64,000 bases of DNA, taken from the NCBI RefSeq assembly GCF_048593235.1, contig NC_133617.1:551904958-551968957 (forward strand), written 5' to 3'. The stretch comes from Sminthopsis crassicaudata (lineage: Eukaryota). Within the stretch, counting starts at the first letter, position 1. Each line of letters begins with the position of its first letter. The notes beneath the pieces were generated by a model. It did no database searches, was not told the DNA's origin, and saw only the letters and a program-made list of their open reading frames with translations. A program made the translations under genes and the position numbers. Of this stretch, positions 1 through 13,143 are shown piece by piece.

Positions 1-594
1 AAATAGCAAAGACAAGAGCAAGAAGTCTTTTGTGACTAATCATGACATGATTTTCAAATGAGGAAATATATATTGAATGAAAAGTTATGGTTTCTAAATA
101 AACCATCACCTGTTTTTAATGGCTATATGAAGTCACATTACATAAATATTTGCTTCTTCACTAGTTCAAAAGTACCTATATGATTTAGAAGTTGAAAGGG
201 TCTCTCAGAACATCATGTCCAATACAATTATTTCATATCTGTTTTAGAAAAGTTCACACATAGTACATTTATTTAGTGGCAGAATCAGGATTCAAATTCA
301 GGCTTTATGACTCCAAATACCATGTTCTATTTATTGAGCTATGTATGTCATATTTGTGGTTGAAACATTTTTTTTTTGTAAAAGAAAACAAAACTCTAAA
401 GTTGGATTAAATAAATTTATTTCATAGTCCCTATTCACATTAATGGAGCCATTTTTTTTCTATTAGCAAAGCATCTAGCCTTAAGCTTTTTTTGTAGAAT
501 GCTGTTTTTCAACCAATTCATTCAAAAACTTTTGTTATAGAGAGACATATTTGGTATAATCAAAAATCTTTTTAAAAATAATTTCCTTTCTGAA

Positions 595-1370
595 GATAAT
601 GATAAATGTTGGAGTGCATATGGAAATACTGAGACACTAACATGTTGTTGGAGTTGTGAAAGGATTCAACCATCCTGGAGGACAATTTGGAACTATGTCC
701 AAAGGGCTACAAAATTGTGTCTATTCTGATCCAGCAGTGTCTCTACTGGATGTGATCTCAAAGAGATTATCAAAGAGGGAAGAGGATCCACATATGCAAA
801 GATGTTTGTAGTAGTTCTTTTTGTAGTGGCAAGGATCTGGAAACTAAGTGGATATTTATTATTTGACTGAATAAGTTATGGTATATAATTATAATGGAAT
901 ATAATTATTTTTTAAGAAATGATGAGCAGGCTGATTTCAGAAAAGCCTGGACAGACTTACTTACATTAATTAATTGATGTTGAGTGAACTGAGCAGAACT
1001 AAGAGAACATTTTACATGATAACAACAAGATTATGTGATAATCAATTGTGATGGACTTGACTTGCAATAATTCAAGGCAATTCCAATAGACTTGGGATGG
1101 AAAAAGCTATTTGCAAACAGAGAGAGAACTCTGAAGACTCAATGGGAATCGAAGCATAGTATTTTAAGATTTTTTATATAATAGTTATTTGCATATTTTT
1201 TCTTGTGTTTTTTCCCTTTTGTTCTAATTTTTCTTGCACAGCATAACTAATATGGAAATATGTTTAAAAGAATTTCACATATTTAACCTGTATCAAATTG
1301 CTTGCTAACAATTTGGAACACAAAGTTTTATAAAAATGAATGTTGAAAACTAAAGCAAAAAAAAAAAAAG
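595..1370 (+). mobile_element. 5'-truncated L1 (ORF2 C-terminus plus 3'UTR, poly-A) with 15-bp TSD
   Basis: Marsupial L1 3' motifs (tttgtagtggcaaggatctggaaactaagtgg), poly-A at about 1357-1369, and an identical TSD aatttcctttctgaa at 580-594 and 1371-1385. Confidence 0.9.
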
Positions 1371-1869
1371 AATTTCCTTTCTGAAATTTTGATGTGAAGC
1401 ATAAAGATTAAAGTGTGATAACATAGTCAGTGGATATGGTTGTTTAGACCTTAAAACATGCAGACACACATTCATCCACACTTTGATACTTGCCATATAG
1501 ACAATTGCACAAATGGTATAAATATCTCCTTCTCAATCAGTTTCAGGGTGTTCTGGGTACATCCACATGTATATCACTAAGTGTACAAAACTAAAAAAGT
1601 GGGTATAACAATGATTTGGGTTTATTTATTGATATTTTGGGTTTTTTCTGTTGTTTTTTTTTTTTTTCTGCAGGAAATAAGTGGAAAATAACAGCGGAAT
1701 AATAATTAGAGAGTAACTGAAGTTTTATCTTATATGGCAAATATAGAGGGCCATGACATTTTAACAGTAAAGGTAAAGAAGAACCTAGCAACAGGATTGT
1801 GAGCAGAAGTATACTAGTAAAATTTCAATAACCTCTGTAGGGATGACAAAATTTTTACAAGGCACACTT

Positions 1870-2770
1870 TTCTTTTTTGTTGTTGTTGTTTATTTTTATT
1901 TTTTCAATTATATGTAAAGAAAACATTTTAAACATTTTTAAAAAAAAACTTTCTTTTGAGTTCCAAATTCACGCCTTCCTCCATTCTTTCCCTTTTCCTT
2001 GAGAAAGCAAGCAATTTATTATAGATTATACAGGCTTAAGAAAAAGTTTTTCATATTAGCCATGTTGGAAAGGAAAACACAGACAAAAAGAATAACAAAA
2101 ATAATAAACTTAAAAATGTACTTCAATCTATATTCAGAATTTATCATTTTTTTCTCTGGAGGTGAATAGCATTATTCATTCTGAGTCCTTTTGAATTGTC
2201 TTGGATCATTGTATTGTTGAGAATATTAGATCACTCATAGTTGATCATTATATGACATTGCTCTTACTGTGGACAGAACTCTTACTGTTCTGATTCTGCT
2301 CATTTCACTTTGTCTCAGTTCTGGTAAGTCTTTCTGAACACATCCTGATCATCATTTCTTATAGAACAATAATATTCTCTCACAATCATGTACCACAACT
2401 TGTTTATCCATTGCCCAATTGATGGACATGACCTCAGTTTCCAATTTCTTGCTACCACAAAAGAGCTGCTACTATTTTTTTTTTTTGTACAAATAGGCCC
2501 CCTTTCTTATTTTTGATAAATACATTTTTGATTTATTTTTGGGATATGGACCTAGTAGTAATAGTATTGCCAGGTCAAAAGGATGAACAGTTATACAATT
2601 CTTTGGATATTATTCTACATTGCTCTCCAGAATGGTTGGATTAATTATGACATACTTTTCAGTTTAACCTGTATGATTAACCCTTTCTCAAAATTAGACA
2701 AGAAAATAATAATCAAACCCTTGCTCACAACTTATCTCCAAAATAAAATGTTGACCCTGAAAATTACTAT
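1870..2770 (-). mobile_element. L1 3' end fragment
   Basis: T-rich start followed by reverse-complement L1 3'UTR/ORF2 motifs (ccagaatggttggattaatt; cccaattgatggacat). Confidence 0.8.
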
Positions 2771-2805
2771 GCTCTAAAGATCCATTCAAGCTGGATCCAA
2801 CATAC

Positions 2806-2884
2806 CTCTGATTGTGAGGGAGGGAGTTATGGTTCCTTCCTGGGGAATAATTAAGGTATGACCAAAGTTCTGTTTCATAGGGTT
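2806..2884 (-). other. Candidate 79-nt internal exon of an unidentified minus-strand transcript
   Basis: Minus strand: ccttctttatctatttatccaag acceptor and GAG/gtatgt donor. Two of three frames are open (EPYETELWSYLNYSPGRNHNSLPHNQ or NPMKQNFGHTLIIPQEGTITPSLTIR). No homologue recognised. Confidence 0.35.
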
Positions 2885-2904
2885 CTTGGATAAATAGATA
2901 AAGA

Positions 2905-2960
2905 AGGCAGTCAATAAGCATTTATTAAGTGTTTGCTTCCTGCCTGGCACTATGCTGCTT
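2905..2960 (-). mobile_element. L2 3' tail fragment
   Basis: cagtcaataagcatttattaagtg...cctggcactatgctg is the typical reverse-complement L2 3' end. Confidence 0.55.
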
Positions 2961-3274
2961 TATGAGTGTCAGAACCCAAGCTTTTGGTCTAATTTATGGA
3001 TTGGGAGTGAGAACTGGCTTCAGTTTCCACTGATGATCCCAGATTTTCAAACAATAGGATGGGGAGAGAAGGAGTGAGGAACCTATGTGCCAATTACTCC
3101 CCATTTTATTTCAGTCTAAATTGGTACTCTAGTTTTCTCCTCCTTCTGGAAGAAGGCTACCAGGCTGCCTTCTCTGGTAACTTGCTGTATTCCTCTGCCT
3201 ACCTGGGAACAAGGGCCATTTTCAGAATTTGGTGCTCCTAATTACATCACCACTCTACATTTCAAAAGGTCAGC

Positions 3275-3410
3275 ATTTTAGCATTATGGTTAAAGAAACA
3301 CTAGGTTGAGAGTCAGAAAATCTAGATTCTACTCTTGCTTTTATACTAACTTGTAAAATGAAGAGTTTGGTCAAATTGATCTTAAAAATCCCTTTTAGCC
3401 TTTGGCCTAT
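3275..3410 (+). mobile_element. MIR/MIR3-like SINE remnant
   Basis: Degenerate tRNA-like head (gagagtcagaaaatctagattct) and MIR3-like tail (gatcttaaaaatccctttt). Confidence 0.45.
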
Positions 3411-4480
3411 GAGTCTAGAAAATTTGGGTTCCAGTTACTTCATGTCATCTCAGTCTCATTTACAGTGAATGCATACATCTTCCTCTGTGACTCAAGGCAA
3501 CTAATTCCCTCTTATTACGGCCTCAGTCCTTTTTTGCCCCAACATTCTGCCATGTTATTTTCAGAGTTTAGAGAAGGAGCTGTCTGTCTCTTCTAAATCC
3601 CTTTGCTAAAGAGGTAACTTCATTTCCCCTACCTTAATTCATCAGACTTTCTGGATGTCGAGCATAAAAGAAACACCTGACCTAAGCATCCAGTTATCAA
3701 AAATAACTAAATTAAATAAATAGTTAAAATTGGAGACTATAAGATGATCCATTTCCTTTCCCTAAGGCAGACTCTCCAACCTCTCTTCATAAGATAACAC
3801 TAGTTTGGACCCTTCCTCTCAATCGAGGTCTTCTCTTGTTCTATTTGCCCTGTGAGAGTTCTGTCCCTTTTGCCCCAGATGCTAAAATATGTAGTTTTGG
3901 CTTGAAACTCCGGAATTGAGCAAAAAGAAACTTGTCTCTTAGTCCTTGAGAAATAATCCTAATTGTAGCCAGTATTTGGTGTTTTATTGTTTTCATTTCA
4001 TTATTTGATATAATGATAAGCAATATTGCTATAGTCTTCTATAAACTAAACTAAAACTATAATTGATAGAGTTTAAGGAGACTACTATAATATAGAAGGG
4101 GACTTCTAAATCTGTAATTAACTTGAGTTTAGATTTTCATTCAATTTCTATAAAGAAACTCTGTGTTGCTGAAGAATTGTGTATCTTCAACAGTCATAGA
4201 GAGGCTTGAAAATGGGTGGGCTTGGGAGGAAGAAAGAAAGATAAGATAATTATATCTTACAATTCATGCTCATCCCTGTGTGACTATCCCACCCCTTACA
4301 TAAAATGAATGAGGCTCAGTTACTGCCCCATCAAGCACAGATTTAATCCTCCAAAAAGACCATCCCAAAGTCATAGAATCTAAAGGTAGGGAGATGGGGT
4401 AGAAAGTTTTAAATAGTGTCTGGTAGCAGTTGTATATAACTATTAGTTTAGGTTTTAACTACTTTAATATAAGGTGGTAA

Positions 4481-5051
4481 TGATGAGGAAACCCCAAAAC
4501 TCTTCTCCTTGGACTCAGCCTCAGAGACTCTGCCCCACCCCACCCCCAGCACAGTTTCCTCCTTATCTAAAAACCCATTGAATTCTATTCAAATTCTAAC
4601 CCTAGCTGAAGCTCAAGCCAGAAGCCAACCTGGGACTCCACCCACGAGCCCCTTCAGATTATCAAAAGCCCCCCAGTATAAAAAAGGCTAAACTGGAGTC
4701 CACTCTTTGCAGAGATCCCAAACATGGCATTTTTATGCCGGTCATGTCAAGGATTTCTGCCCACTGGACCTATAGTTCCAGTGCCCTTTTATCTCTACCC
4801 TCAACTTTACTAACTAAACTTTACTTCCAAACTCCACAGTAAACCTCTTTTATCTATCTAGGTTTTCGGGTCTGTAAATTCCTTTACAGAGGACTCTTAT
4901 GCCCCTACTAGAATTCATTTAACTCTGTATCCTTGCACTGAATCCAAAGAGGTTGCAGGGGAGCTCTATTTGACTCCCTGTGCCCCAAACCTGCCACTGG
5001 ACCTCAATTAAACCTAATTTCATTTAGATACTCCTTATCTAGTTCTCATCA
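4481..5051 (+). mobile_element. Solo ERV LTR (about 570 bp)
   Basis: Ends TGATGAG...CTCATCA (7-bp terminal inverted repeat). TATA-like tataaaa near 4678, AGTAAA polyA-like signal near 4838, flanks gtaa/ataa (near-4-bp TSD). The 3' part is homologous to 26009-26215. Confidence 0.85.
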
Positions 5052-5768
5052 ATAACACTTATCTGAGGGCGAGAGATTAAATATTTGCACAGACAAGTGC
5101 AGAAATGAAGAGATGAAGCATTCAGAGTTAGGGTGGATGTTATTATGTTGGACATCAGCCTAAATATTGACTATCATAGTGAGGATGAGATACCATATAT
5201 TTTCCAAGATTGGTTGATTATATCCTCCTCTGGTTCAGTCCACAACTCCTTTGGAATGATTCCATGGTCTCCACATTAGAAACCAAGTATATATGATTTT
5301 ATGAAGTCAAGATTAAGACTCAAGAAGCAGAATTTGAGTGGAAAGCAGGGATTAACAATCCACTGGAACAAAACATTTCTATAGCAAAATAAAATATGAT
5401 ATTAAAAACTCTAATTAAAGGAACTGAAAAGTGAAAAGAAAATAGAGGAAAATAAAGAGGAAAAATTATGAGGGAAAGTTTTGATATAAAAACTATTGTA
5501 CCTTATGATATCTCCCAAATTCCTCAGAAGGTGTAAACAGAAGATCTCTTGTGTTCACTTTGTGTGATCTGTCTTTCATTCATCACTGTACAGCCTGAGC
5601 ATCAGTAAGGATGTCATGGTCAGAGATGAAGACAAAAAGGCTCATTGGTCCTTCAGAGCAGAAGTAATAGAGATAGTAAATCAAATAAGATATTGTAATT
5701 AGAATTTATTTTAATTACATTCAAAAACAGCCCACAGCATATACATCTTTTCCAGGGCCCTCTAATGG

Positions 5769-5771
<3 letters not shown>

Positions 5772-5818
<47 letters not shown>
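5772..5818. repeat. (TG)n microsatellite, about 23 units
   Basis: Directly visible. Confidence 0.99.
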
Positions 5819-5822
<4 letters not shown>

Positions 5823-6284
5823 CATTCTAAACTTAATAGCAAATGACTTTTCTATTAAATTCCTACAAAATCAACAACAAAGTTATCTCTTCAGTATTTT
5901 TGCACTCTAATTCAGGAACAACAATAATACTAGTAAAAATGATAATGGGGCCATAAAAATAGAACTACAGATGTATCTTTAAGTGGAGTTAATGTTCCAT
6001 TATGACAGATTACCCATCCATTTAAAAAGCCTAACTATTAAAAAAAATGTGCTAAATTTCCAATAATGGTGCTTTCTCTGAGACAAGGTTTCAGCCTGGA
6101 GGTTTCTATGAGTACATAGTCACAAGCATCATGTTTTGGTCCGTAAAATCTGAAATCGTCTAAGGCATTGCAACTTTTATACAAGACAAGCAAAATATTA
6201 ATGCTTTAAATGCCCATTATTTGCATTTTCATTTTGTTATTTGGTGGTATAGTTTACTTCTGAAATAAAATTGCTCTTAAAATA

Positions 6285-6650
6285 CTTTTTGAGAATGTTA
6301 TATACAGTAACAACAATATCCATGAAGAACTGCGAATAATTTAGCTATTCTCAGCAATACAATCATCCAAGATAATCCCAAAGGACTAATGATCAAGCAT
6401 ACTATCTGCCTCCAAAGAATGAACTGATATTGATTGAATACAGATTGAAGCATGTTATTTGTCACTTTCTTTCATTTTTTTTTGAATATTCTTGTAAAGG
6501 ATGACTAATATGGAAATGTTTGACATAATTGCACACATTTGATATATATCTGATTGCTTACCACCTCAAGGAGGGTGGAGGAGAAGAAGGGAAGGAGGGA
6601 ATAGAATTTGAAACTTAAAACTTTAAATAAAAAAGTTAAAAAAAAATTAA
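6285..6650 (+). mobile_element. L1 3'UTR fragment
   Basis: gactaatatggaaatgttt...gggaaggagggaatagaatttgaaact and an A-rich end. Confidence 0.75.
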
Positions 6651-7326
6651 AATACCATTCTTCCTTCTTTTCCTGCACATAGAAAACCTAACTGTATCTT
6701 TTTATTGTTCATATGGCTATGGGATAGGGTCACATTTATTCTGGGTTTTCTAAACTTGGATTTCCAAGTACTCTGGAGATTTGGCTACTTAGAAATCTAG
6801 GAGATGAGTTAGGTTCTGTGATTGTTGTCTATATCACCAAGTAATCTGACTTATAGGATGTCTGAGGAGTGTGAAAAGGATGATAAAAGTGGTTTTACTT
6901 TCAAATAGAAAAAGTGGATAATTGAGATCACCGGTAATTGTCCTAATTAGTTATTAATTAATATATTTTATCGATAGACAGAAAGAAAATTGCCAGGGCT
7001 TATTTTTTAAAGAAGTATTAAGGAAGTCATTCTATTGAAGTTAATGTGATTGCAGAGATAGGGGACTATGAATAAGCAATATTGTATATACTAGCAGACA
7101 ATTGACATGTCGATCAGTTCTGCTGAACTATTTTTTTCTCTCTTAAAATCTTTATTACAATGAATGATTTACTGGATAAATGAAGGAGAGGGATCAATAC
7201 AGAAACAAATATAATAAAAACAAGGGAGGCTCTAAGTGTGCTAAATGATCTATCTAGCTTTTGAATATACTATTGGTCTTGACACAATTCTTCTGATAAA
7301 GCTATAATAAGATTCAGGAAATGTCC

Positions 7327-7921
7327 AAATCTGAGATACCACTACACATCTGTCAGATTGGCTAGAATGACAGGGAAAGGTAATGCAGATGTGGGAAAAC
7401 AGGTACACTGATACATTGTTGGTGGAACTGCGAATACATCCAGCCATTCTGGAGAGCAATTTAGAACTATTCTCAAAAAGTTATCAAACCGTGCATACCC
7501 TTTGACCCAGCAGTGTTGCTACTGGGTTTGTATCCCAAAGAGATCTTAAAGAAGGGAAAGGGACCTGTATGTGCAAGAATGTTTGTGGCAGCCTTTTTGT
7601 AGTGGCCAGAAACTGGAAACTAAGTGGATGCCCATCAACTGGAGAATGGCTGAATAAATTGTGGTATATGAATATGATGGAACATTATTAACACTATTTC
7701 AAAGTCCAATTCTTTTTGTTCAGCAAAAAAACTATTTGGTCATATATACATATATTGTATTTAATTTATACTCTAACATATTTAACATTATTGGTCGACC
7801 TGCCATCTGGGCAGGGGGGAAGGAGGGGAAAAATTGGAAAAAAAAGTTTTGGCAATTGTCAACGTTGTAAAATTACCCATGAAAATATCTGGTAAATAAA
7901 AACTATTATTATTTAAAAAAA
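7327..7921 (+). mobile_element. Relatively young 5'-truncated L1 with 15-bp TSD
   Basis: ORF2 C-terminal motifs (gtggccagaaactggaaactaagtggatgcccatcaactggagaatggctg). TSD attcaggaaatgtcc at 7312-7326 and 7922-7936. Confidence 0.92.
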
Positions 7922-8049
7922 ATTCAGGAAATGTCCGGAACTACTTCATTATTGCATTTTGCACCAAATTAGGAAATGCATATTTTCAATGGATGGACAA
8001 ACAAAATGAATAAGTAGTTGTCCTTCCTATGTGAGAATCTAAGGGTCAT

Positions 8050-9590
8050 TTATTTATCTATTTACCCATGCATTCATTTTTCTATTTATTTATTAATTTT
8101 TTCATTTGTTCATTTATTTTTTGTTTGCCCACCAATTCATTTATTTTTTATATTCTAAACTTCAGAAATTACAAATAAAATGAGCATTAACATGTACAAA
8201 GTAAAACAGAAAGGACTGCATTTGAAACTGAAGATCTTAATTACATATATTATTTTTAAGTACACAATATAGTCAACATATAACTTTAAAAGCTGTCCAT
8301 CTTGTCCATCTTTCCTTTTAGCTGTCCTGTTTTCTTCTGTACCATTTTATTAAAATATTTTATAATTAAATACCAAAGAACATTTTCATACCTATAGTAG
8401 AATAAAGAGAAATATGTATATATGAAATTGTGATTATTTTTTCAGCCCATATGTTTCCTTTGTAACTTTGAAAACTGCCCTGCTTGTTAAGCCTACTTTT
8501 CCCATTTCTTCCCCTCTATTTCCTTCTCCTCCACTCCCTTATTCTTTTTTCCTTTCCCTCCCTTCCCCTTCCCTTTTATTCTTTCTTCTCTTTCTTCTTT
8601 TCTTCTTATTTCTCTTAATACCCTTTTAAAGACATTTAATTTCTTGGTGGATATTTCTTTCTCCCATATTAGAATATTACCAGTACAACATGATATAGTT
8701 CAAATGCTTCAATGTATTTATTACTTTATGTTTCTCTTAATTCATATAACCATTGGTTACAGCGCATGCTTAAACAGTGTGGTCACTTTGTTTCTCTTTA
8801 AGCATGAAGGATGAACAACTCGTCTATTTTTTCCTCAAAGGCTTTAACTTGATTTTTAATTTTTTTTCTTCATTTCTTTTAGCTATTTATGTAGTTGTTG
8901 TGACAAATACATTTTCCCTCATGGAGTCTCGGCTGTCAGTTGTTAGAGTCACTCTCTCCTTTGTTTTATTCATCTCTGAAACTTTAGGGCTTCAATTAAG
9001 ACTGTGTCAGCACCAGCTTCCTCTCCCTGTTAAGGTTTTTACTTAAGGTTATTGAGCTTCCTTGATCTCCTCTGGGTAATTTAGGTTCCTGCGTTAACCT
9101 TTTCCTTCCAGTTTCAGAAACATTTAGATTTTTGAGGTTCAGAATACTAGATATTTGGGGCCTTCTATGGCATTTAAGAATAGGGTGCTAGGAATCTCAC
9201 TGGAAGCTGTGTTCTCAAATGATTTGCTAATAGACTCCCACTATATGCTATTGTTCCCTAGAAGTTCTATAGCTATATCTTGCTAACTCCGAAACAACTA
9301 TGTGTTTAAAACTCCCCTGGGGCTTTCTTGGAGAACCCTTCAGGCTGTGTGCGTTTCTGACCATTTTTTCTGGTGCAGATGGGAGATTGAACATTGTTTG
9401 CCTTAGTTGATACTGGCTTTCCTGGTGGCCTCTCGTTTCTAGTGAGCTCCTGGGTGACTTTTTTTTTTTTTTTCTCATTTGATTTCTTAATCATTATTTA
9501 ATCTGCTGACAGTTTTGCTGGAAATGATTTGGTGGAGCTGGGTAGCCTGCCTCTGTTCAGAACAATCATGTTAACTACAAGTTTCTTCTA
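8050..9590 (-). mobile_element. Old L1/HAL1-like element (5'UTR, ORF1-like region, purine-rich spacer and 3' part)
   Basis: Strand-biased composition, pyrimidine tract at 8500-8620, and ORF1-like coiled-coil remnants on the reverse strand. Confidence 0.5.
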
Positions 9591-10132
9591 CATGTTAAAA
9601 AAAAAATAAATCACTCACTGACTCTTCTCTTGTTTTTTCTCTCTTTTTCTTTTCTTTTTTGGTTAACCCTATTTACAGTCTTGTTTTTTTCTCTCATCAT
9701 CCCTTCTCCATTAGAAAAAAAAAATCCATATATATGTATTTAGTCAAGTAAAATAAATGTCCATATTAGTGTATTCAAAAATGTGTATGCTATTCTGTAC
9801 CTTGTGTATTGGTTCTCTATTAAAATAATTGTGCTTTTTATCACCAATCTTCAGGAATAATGATTAGTCATTTTAGCAGACACAGCTTAGTCTTTCAAAG
9901 TTATTTTTCTATATATTATTGATTTTACAAATTGTTTTCCTAGCCCTACATACTTTTCTTTGCATTTGTTCATACAAGTTTTCTCAGAGAAACCACCCCT
10001 TTCTCTTTTAAAAATTTATTCATTTTTAGTTTTTTATTTAATTAATATTCCCATCCACAATTAAGAAAACACATGTGAAGATATGCAAGACATTTCCATA
10101 CAAGTCAAGTTGTGAAAGAAAACATAGATTTT

Positions 10133-10298
10133 GGGGGCAGCTAGGTGGCACAGTGGATAGAGCACTAGCCCTGAAGTCAGGAGGACCTGAAATCAAATCT
10201 GCCCTCAGACATTTAATACTGCCTAGCTGTGTGACCCTGGGCAAGTCATTTAACCCCAATTGCCTCAGCCAACAAAAAAAAAAAAAAAAAAAGAAAAG
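10133..10298 (+). mobile_element. WSINE1-type SINE with poly-A and TSD
   Basis: ggggcagctaggtggcacagtggatagagc head. TSD aaagaaaacata(g/c)attt at 10115-10131 and 10299-10315. Confidence 0.93.
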
Positions 10299-10701
10299 AA
10301 AGAAAACATACATTTCTCATCCTAATTAACTAAAAACCCTCACGGAAAAATTAAGTTGAAAAAAAAAAAAAGAGAGGCAGAAAAGGAGAATGCTTCAATC
10401 TGTATTCAGATGCAATCAGTTTCTTCTCTGAGTATAGATAGGATTTTTTCATAATATGTCCTTTAGAATAATAGTAGATGATTGTATTAACTGAGAAGAG
10501 CAAAGTCATTTACAGCTGATCATCCTAGAACACTGCTATTACTTTATATACAGTATATTTTTCTTTGTTTGAGTTTATGGAGGATTTTCCAGATTTGTTT
10601 ATTTTTTCTTTTTTAAGAGCATTCTGTTTATCATTTCTCATAGAAAAATAACTTTCCAACACAAACTTTATCACTTTATCAAGCCATTCGCCAGTTAATG
10701 G

Positions 10702-10832
10702 NNNNNNNNNNNNNNNNNNNNNNNNNNNNNNNNNNNNNNNNNNNNNNNNNNNNNNNNNNNNNNNNNNNNNNNNNNNNNNNNNNNNNNNNNNNNNNNNNNN
10801 NNNNNNNNNNNNNNNNNNNNNNNNNNNNNNNN
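10702..10832. other. Assembly gap (131 N)
   Basis: Run of N. Confidence 1.
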
Positions 10833-10962
10833 TTTTCCTTTTTCCTGAATCTCTTTTGGTATTCATGCCTAGTAGTGGTGTTGTTAGGTCAAAGGCTATC
10901 CATGAATTTATAGCCCTTTGGGCTCAGATCATATCTTTTGATCATTTATCAATTAGGGTACT

Positions 10963-10997
<35 letters not shown>

Positions 10998-12439
10998 AAT
11001 ATGACTTAGTTCCCTCTATGTTTGAAAAATGAGGACTTCTCAGAGAAACTTGCTTCAAAATTCTTTTTACAATTATGATTGCTAAATATATTTACCCCCA
11101 CTTATTCTCTATCCTTTCACTCTGTCCCTCCTCAAAAATATTTTGGTATTGATTATTCCCAATATTCCTTTCTTTTCTCACTCTTCCCATCCCTTCTCAT
11201 ATTCCATATCCCTCCTATGAAGCTACTCCTTTCATTATGTCTTTTGGTGCAATAATAGTCTTTGTTTAGTTATTTCCCAATATATGGTCATTCATTTTGT
11301 TTCCAGTTTTTTGTTACATCAAAAAGTTGTTAAAAAACATTCTTGTACATAATGGAACTTTCCTCTCTTTGTAATCTCATTAGGCAATAAGCCTAATAGT
11401 AATACTGATGGGCCTGATGATATGCACAGTTAAGTAATGTTTGGGCATAGTTCTAAACTACTTTCTAGAAATACTAAACCAATTCACAGCTCCACTGGTG
11501 ATGCATTAATGTGCCTGGAATTCCACAGTCCCTTCAATAATTGTAATTTTCACTTTTTGTTTTTTGTAATCATTGTCAATTTGATGGCTGTGAGACAAAT
11601 TATCAGAGTTTTAATTTATATTTCTTTAATTATTGATGATTTGGATAAGTTTTTGAAATGTCTGTTAATAAATTAGATTTCTTCTTTTGAAAGGAGACCG
11701 TTTATAGTCCCTGACCATTTATTTATCAGAGAATGGACATTGTTATATATTTGTTCCTTACATATCTTGGAAATTAGACCTTTATTAGAGAAATTTGTTA
11801 TAAAGATTTTTTTTTCAAATTACCTGCTTGCCTTCTTATTTTAATTGAATTTGAATTGGTTTTGTTTATTAAAAATTTTTTTAATTCAATGTAATAAATT
11901 CTATGTAATTTATCCTCTCTGTCATTCTTTTGGCCACATTCATGGCCAAATTGTAAAAGAAAAATCCTCTTTGCTTCTCCAACTTGTCTGTGGTACAATC
12001 TTTTTTGTATATCTTTTATATTTATTTGGAGTTCATTTAGGTACATAGAATGCATTGAGAATATAGTGTTAAAATAAATAACTATAATTTTAGGAGGGGC
12101 AATAGCAGCTAAATAGAAAGAATAAAAAAGGGTGAACCTTGAAGGAAGTTAAAAGTTCAGAGACAAGAAATGAGAGGGATTGCATTCAAGACATGAATTC
12201 AAGAACTAATGAAAAGGCATGGCAGTGGGGAAATGATATTTCAGTTTCAGGGAAAATGACAATATTGCCCAGAATGAAATTAAAATTCCTTAGTTTAGCA
12301 GTTAAAGGTTCTCTCATTATGGCTCTAGGCTACCATCTAAACTTACTCTTTTTCATTTACAACTAATTCTTTTTGACCCCATATATCATATTGTCCATAG
12401 ATTGTTTTATTTTATTTATTTTGGCATAGAAACCAGAGT

Positions 12440-12580
12440 TATTTGGCATTTAAATCAAAATAAACCAAAGTTAAGTAAATTATCCAGTCACACATCTAGT
12501 AAGTGTCTGAGACTGGATTTGAATTCAGGTCTTTCTGTCTTGAGACACAGCATTCCCTCCACTGAGCTATCTAGTTGATT
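12440..12580 (-). mobile_element. CORE-SINE (MIR/SINE1-like) fragment
   Basis: gtcacacatctagtaagtgtctgagactggatttgaattcagg...ccactgagctatctag. Confidence 0.7.
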
Positions 12581-12594
12581 TCTAAATGGAAATG

Positions 12595-12832
12595 ATTTTG
12601 TTTTTTAGTCATTTTAGTCAAGTCTGACTCTGTGGGATTTTCTTGGCAAAGATACTGGGGTAGTTTGCTTTTTCCTTTTCTAGATCATTTTAAAAATAAG
12701 GAAACTGAAGCAAACAGGATCAAGTGACTTGCCTAGAGACCCACAGCTAAAAAATGTCTGAGGTCACATTTGAATTCAGGTATTCTGACACCAGACTTTT
12801 GGTGCTCAATCACTGTACCACCTAGCTGCCCA
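12595..12832 (-). mobile_element. Mar1-type SINE
   Basis: RTE-like tail (ttttcttggcaaagatactgg) plus CORE and tRNA head ending ccacctagctgccc. Confidence 0.8.
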
Positions 12833-13143
12833 AGCTTTTACCTCAAAGAAAAATACTGCAAAGAACCACAAATAAGAACGTTAAGTACCAGGAATCACAA
12901 ACAAGATAATAGAAGACTCAAAAGTTTATGCTATTAAAAAAGATGATCTTGGAACACAGCAATACAAAATGCATAAAACATGATTTTATAACCAAGTATA
13001 AGCTATTACACAAAGCTGGACATAATCATAACAAGGAAAAGACTGATCTTTCATTGAACAGTGGACTTTCAAGCATTTCTGTTGAGCATACCATATATAG
13101 AAACTCTGAAATGCTCAAAAAAAACCTCAAGAATCACGAAAAA

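Larger units (their letters stand above)
9600..12050 (-). mobile_element. Stack of L1 3' fragments interrupted by a SINE and the gap
   Basis: Reverse-complement L1 3'UTR/ORF2 motifs (aatgcttcaatctgtattcagat; ccaattcacagctccact; ttttaatttatatttctttaatt). Confidence 0.75.

Noticed and set aside
5502-5650. 149-nt minus-strand exon-like segment (ctctgaag acceptor, AAG/gtacaa donor)
   Set aside because: It has stops in all three frames and only a moderate donor, so it was not included in the exon chain, although a non-coding exon cannot be excluded
8500-8620. Polypyrimidine tract as a triplex or regulatory element
   Set aside because: It belongs to the reverse-complemented purine-rich spacer of an L1-like element
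10038-10329. Recurrent ORFs containing LRQLGLNDLPRVTQLGS or ALKSGGPE (also 13069, 38969, 43164, 48017, 50612)
   Set aside because: These are translations of WSINE1 copies and not a protein family
10525-10913. ORFs spanning X residues
   Set aside because: Artefact of the N gap
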